This document shows positions 62,015 to 64,000 of a DNA stretch of 64,000 nt, one piece after another. The stretch is from assembly GCA_027622665.1 (NCBI GenBank), contig JAQBYT010000012.1, positions 1 to 64,000 of the forward strand. Reading direction: 5' to 3'. Under the pieces are notes generated by a model. The model made no database searches and was not told where the DNA came from. It was given only the letters and a program-made list of their open reading frames with translations. The position numbers were made by a program, and so were the translations under genes. Source of the DNA: Verrucomicrobiota bacterium (lineage in GTDB: Bacteria; Verrucomicrobiota; Verrucomicrobiia; Opitutales; Seribacteraceae). Within the stretch, counting starts at the first letter, position 1. Every line of letters begins with the position of its first letter.

Positions 62015-64000
62015 CTAGAGGTAATTCGAAGAGGGAATCATGGTGAAAACAATATTCAGGGTGATTTTTTCCGCAGATAGACCCGTTAGGACAGAAAGAG
62101 CCTTCCGGTAAAACTCGAGCTGTTTGCGATGTCGCTCTGCGCCCACCTCGAAATCGGCATCGCTCGTCATGTCTCTGTCAGTCTTGTAGTCGATGATTTC
62201 GGCAGACAACCATCGACCGGAAGCATCTTGCCTAAGAACCACTCGATCGAAGGTGCCGTTTACCAATTCGCCCTCCGACAGTAGACTGAAAGTTTGCTCA
62301 CGCCAGACCACGCTGGCACCCTCGGGCTTGGCGAAGAGAGCACGGGTATCCTTGTTTTCCAATACTTTGCGAATATGCTCGAATGCAGTTTCCGAAGCTT
62401 TCTCCCTAATTTCCAATAAGGACCCTTCAACGGCAGGATCGTCTTCCAACCACTCGATTCTTTCAAAGAGCTCATGGACTTCAGTTCCAAGATCCGTGGC
62501 TCTGGCTCGCTTCTTTCCGAAGAGAGATTCGCCGAGTATAACTTTATCGTGCTTCGAAGGATTCGTAGGGGATACTAATGAAGTAACGGTGGAAAGCGAA
62601 TCATCAACCTGCAGGAAAGACGAAAGGGCATCTGAAGATTCGGAACTTTGCGAACCATGTTCGGCAAACCATCCGGGCGAACCTCTCGAGTGGCGAAGCT
62701 CCATCTCGTCTGTCGAAAGGGGTAGTATGGATTCAACGTGTTCGCGGTCCTCTTCGGAAACGGTGGAGAGGGACTGGTTCAACAACTCAACGTAGTTAAC
62801 GGGCGGATCTTTTTTTTCGACCGGGCACTTGGAAAGTAAGTAAAGGCCCTGTCGAGGACGCGTCATCCCAACGTAAAGTTTGCAAAGGTTTTCAAAAACG
62901 GCTTCGCCTCGATCGGCAGCTATTATTCCGGCCAACGTCGAGTCGGCTCCTGAGAAAAGCGAATTGGGCCAATCAAGCGTCCACTCCACTCCCTCTCCGT
63001 CTGCCGAACTCTTGACGTATAGATCCAGAGGGGATCCTTGTGGACCTCGACGCAAAGCATCGAGAGCATTTCCGTCCAACTCGGGAAGAATGACCATATC
63101 GAAAGTCAAGCCCTTGGACTTGTGTATAGTCATCACACGAACGCTTGTTTCGGAAGCGCCAGCCGAGGATTCGCTGCCCTTGGCAAACTCAATGAAGGCA
63201 TCTACGTCTCGCGAACCCGTCTCATCGAAACACCGGGCAAGATCCTCAAAATGACGTAAACGCAGCAAGCAAAATGTCCGAGCGGTTTCCTCGACCTCCT
63301 TCAAGGCTCGTCCACCCCACTCCTTCAATACAGCTGCAAATCCTTCGACGTAAACTTGTTGAAGAACCCTTATCAAGGCGGAATTCAATTCATGGGGTTC
63401 ACCACTGGGCGCGAGCAGTCGACCAAAAGGCGTCATCCGCAAATGGCCTCGCGAAAACCCATCCTCGGGATGAACCGCTGCCCGCAACAAGGACAGCAAG
63501 GCGACGGAAAACGGATTATCCGAACCCGGGTTGGCACCGACCTCGTTCTCCACCGGCACCTCGGGCAGTTCCAGACGGAGAAGGTCCACCAGTTCCCGGG
63601 CAGTACTTCGACGCTGAGTCAGCACGGCGCAGGATAGACCTCGGGCGACGGGATCAATTCCCCGTATCAGCGCAACCAGAGCCTGCTTGCGCTCGTCATC
63701 TTCGTTCGATGTCCACCAAGCCACGTGACCTTGCAAGTTCTCCGTCAATTCGGAAGGCTTGTGAGGATCCCAAACGCCCTCCCAGCGAGGACAGGAAAGA
63801 GTCGTTGAGGACAGCTTGCCGAAAACGTCGTTTACCGTGTCCAGTACGTCGCAACCTGATCGCCATGACTTGCTCAAGCTACGATTCTCAAGTCGAGCCC
63901 CGTAGCGTGTCTTGAGTACCTCAAAAAGACGCGAGTCGCCCCCGCGCCAGCCATAGATCGCTTGCTTTACATCGCCCACGCAGAAAAAGGCCCGGCCATC
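62015..64000 (-). CDS. AddA/RecB-like UvrD helicase with C-terminal PD-(D/E)XK nuclease, 5'-partial
   Basis: The frame is open to the window end (DGRAFFCVGDVKQAIYGWRGG). Motifs: SWRS; TIHKSKGLTF; LYVGMTRPR; GTFDRV...IIDYKTD...QLEFY. Confidence 0.9.
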   Translation of the reverse strand, partial: DGRAFFCVGDVKQAIYGWRGGDSRLFEVLKTRYGARLENRSLSKSWRSGCDVLDTVNDVFGKLSSTTLSCPRWEGVWDPHKPSELTENLQGHVAWWTSNEDDERKQALVALIRGIDPVARGLSCAVLTQRRSTARELVDLLRLELPEVPVENEVGANPGSDNPFSVALLSLLRAAVHPEDGFSRGHLRMTPFGRLLAPSGEPHELNSALIRVLQQVYVEGFAAVLKEWGGRALKEVEETARTFCLLRLRHFEDLARCFDETGSRDVDAFIEFAKGSESSAGASETSVRVMTIHKSKGLTFDMVILPELDGNALDALRRGPQGSPLDLYVKSSADGEGVEWTLDWPNSLFSGADSTLAGIIAADRGEAVFENLCKLYVGMTRPRQGLYLLSKCPVEKKDPPVNYVELLNQSLSTVSEEDREHVESILPLSTDEMELRHSRGSPGWFAEHGSQSSESSDALSSFLQVDDSLSTVTSLVSPTNPSKHDKVILGESLFGKKRARATDLGTEVHELFERIEWLEDDPAVEGSLLEIREKASETAFEHIRKVLENKDTRALFAKPEGASVVWREQTFSLLSEGELVNGTFDRVVLRQDASGRWLSAEIIDYKTDRDMTSDADFEVGAERHRKQLEFYRKALSVLTGLSAEKITLNIVFTMIPSSNYL

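Overview
This 64-kb bacterial window has gene content typical of the PVC superphylum. A Verrucomicrobiota/Opitutales-like origin is an inference from gene families; no rRNA is present. About 1-47.7 kb is an accessory region of mostly exported proteins. It holds four intact two-gene modules, each a Tat-exported DUF1552 (HXXSHH) protein plus a Sec-exported di-heme (2x CxxCH) DUF1592/DUF1588 'PSD/PSCyt' protein, and remnants of at least two more modules. It also holds two PVC-type beta-propeller dehydrogenase/cytochrome c systems (one a 1378-aa fusion, one split into two genes), five sulfatase genes (only one intact), several esterases, a lactonase, and a multicopper oxidase with a likely C-terminal beta-barrel plus a Cys-rich lipoprotein. 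The accessory region is visibly decaying: several genes are collapsed by deletions that appear to join short microhomologies, others carry +1 frameshifts or nonsense codons, and the copper cassette sits between two oppositely oriented halves of one oxidoreductase family. About 48.4-64 kb is mostly housekeeping: a gammaproteobacterial-type aceE-aceF-lpdA operon, pntAB, a DJ-1/PfpI pseudogene, a Gfo/Idh/MocA oxidoreductase, an unusual cNMP-binding membrane protein and the 3' part of an AddA/UvrD-type helicase-nuclease. No tRNA, rRNA, CRISPR array or transposase was recognised. All domain calls are by motif recognition, not database search.
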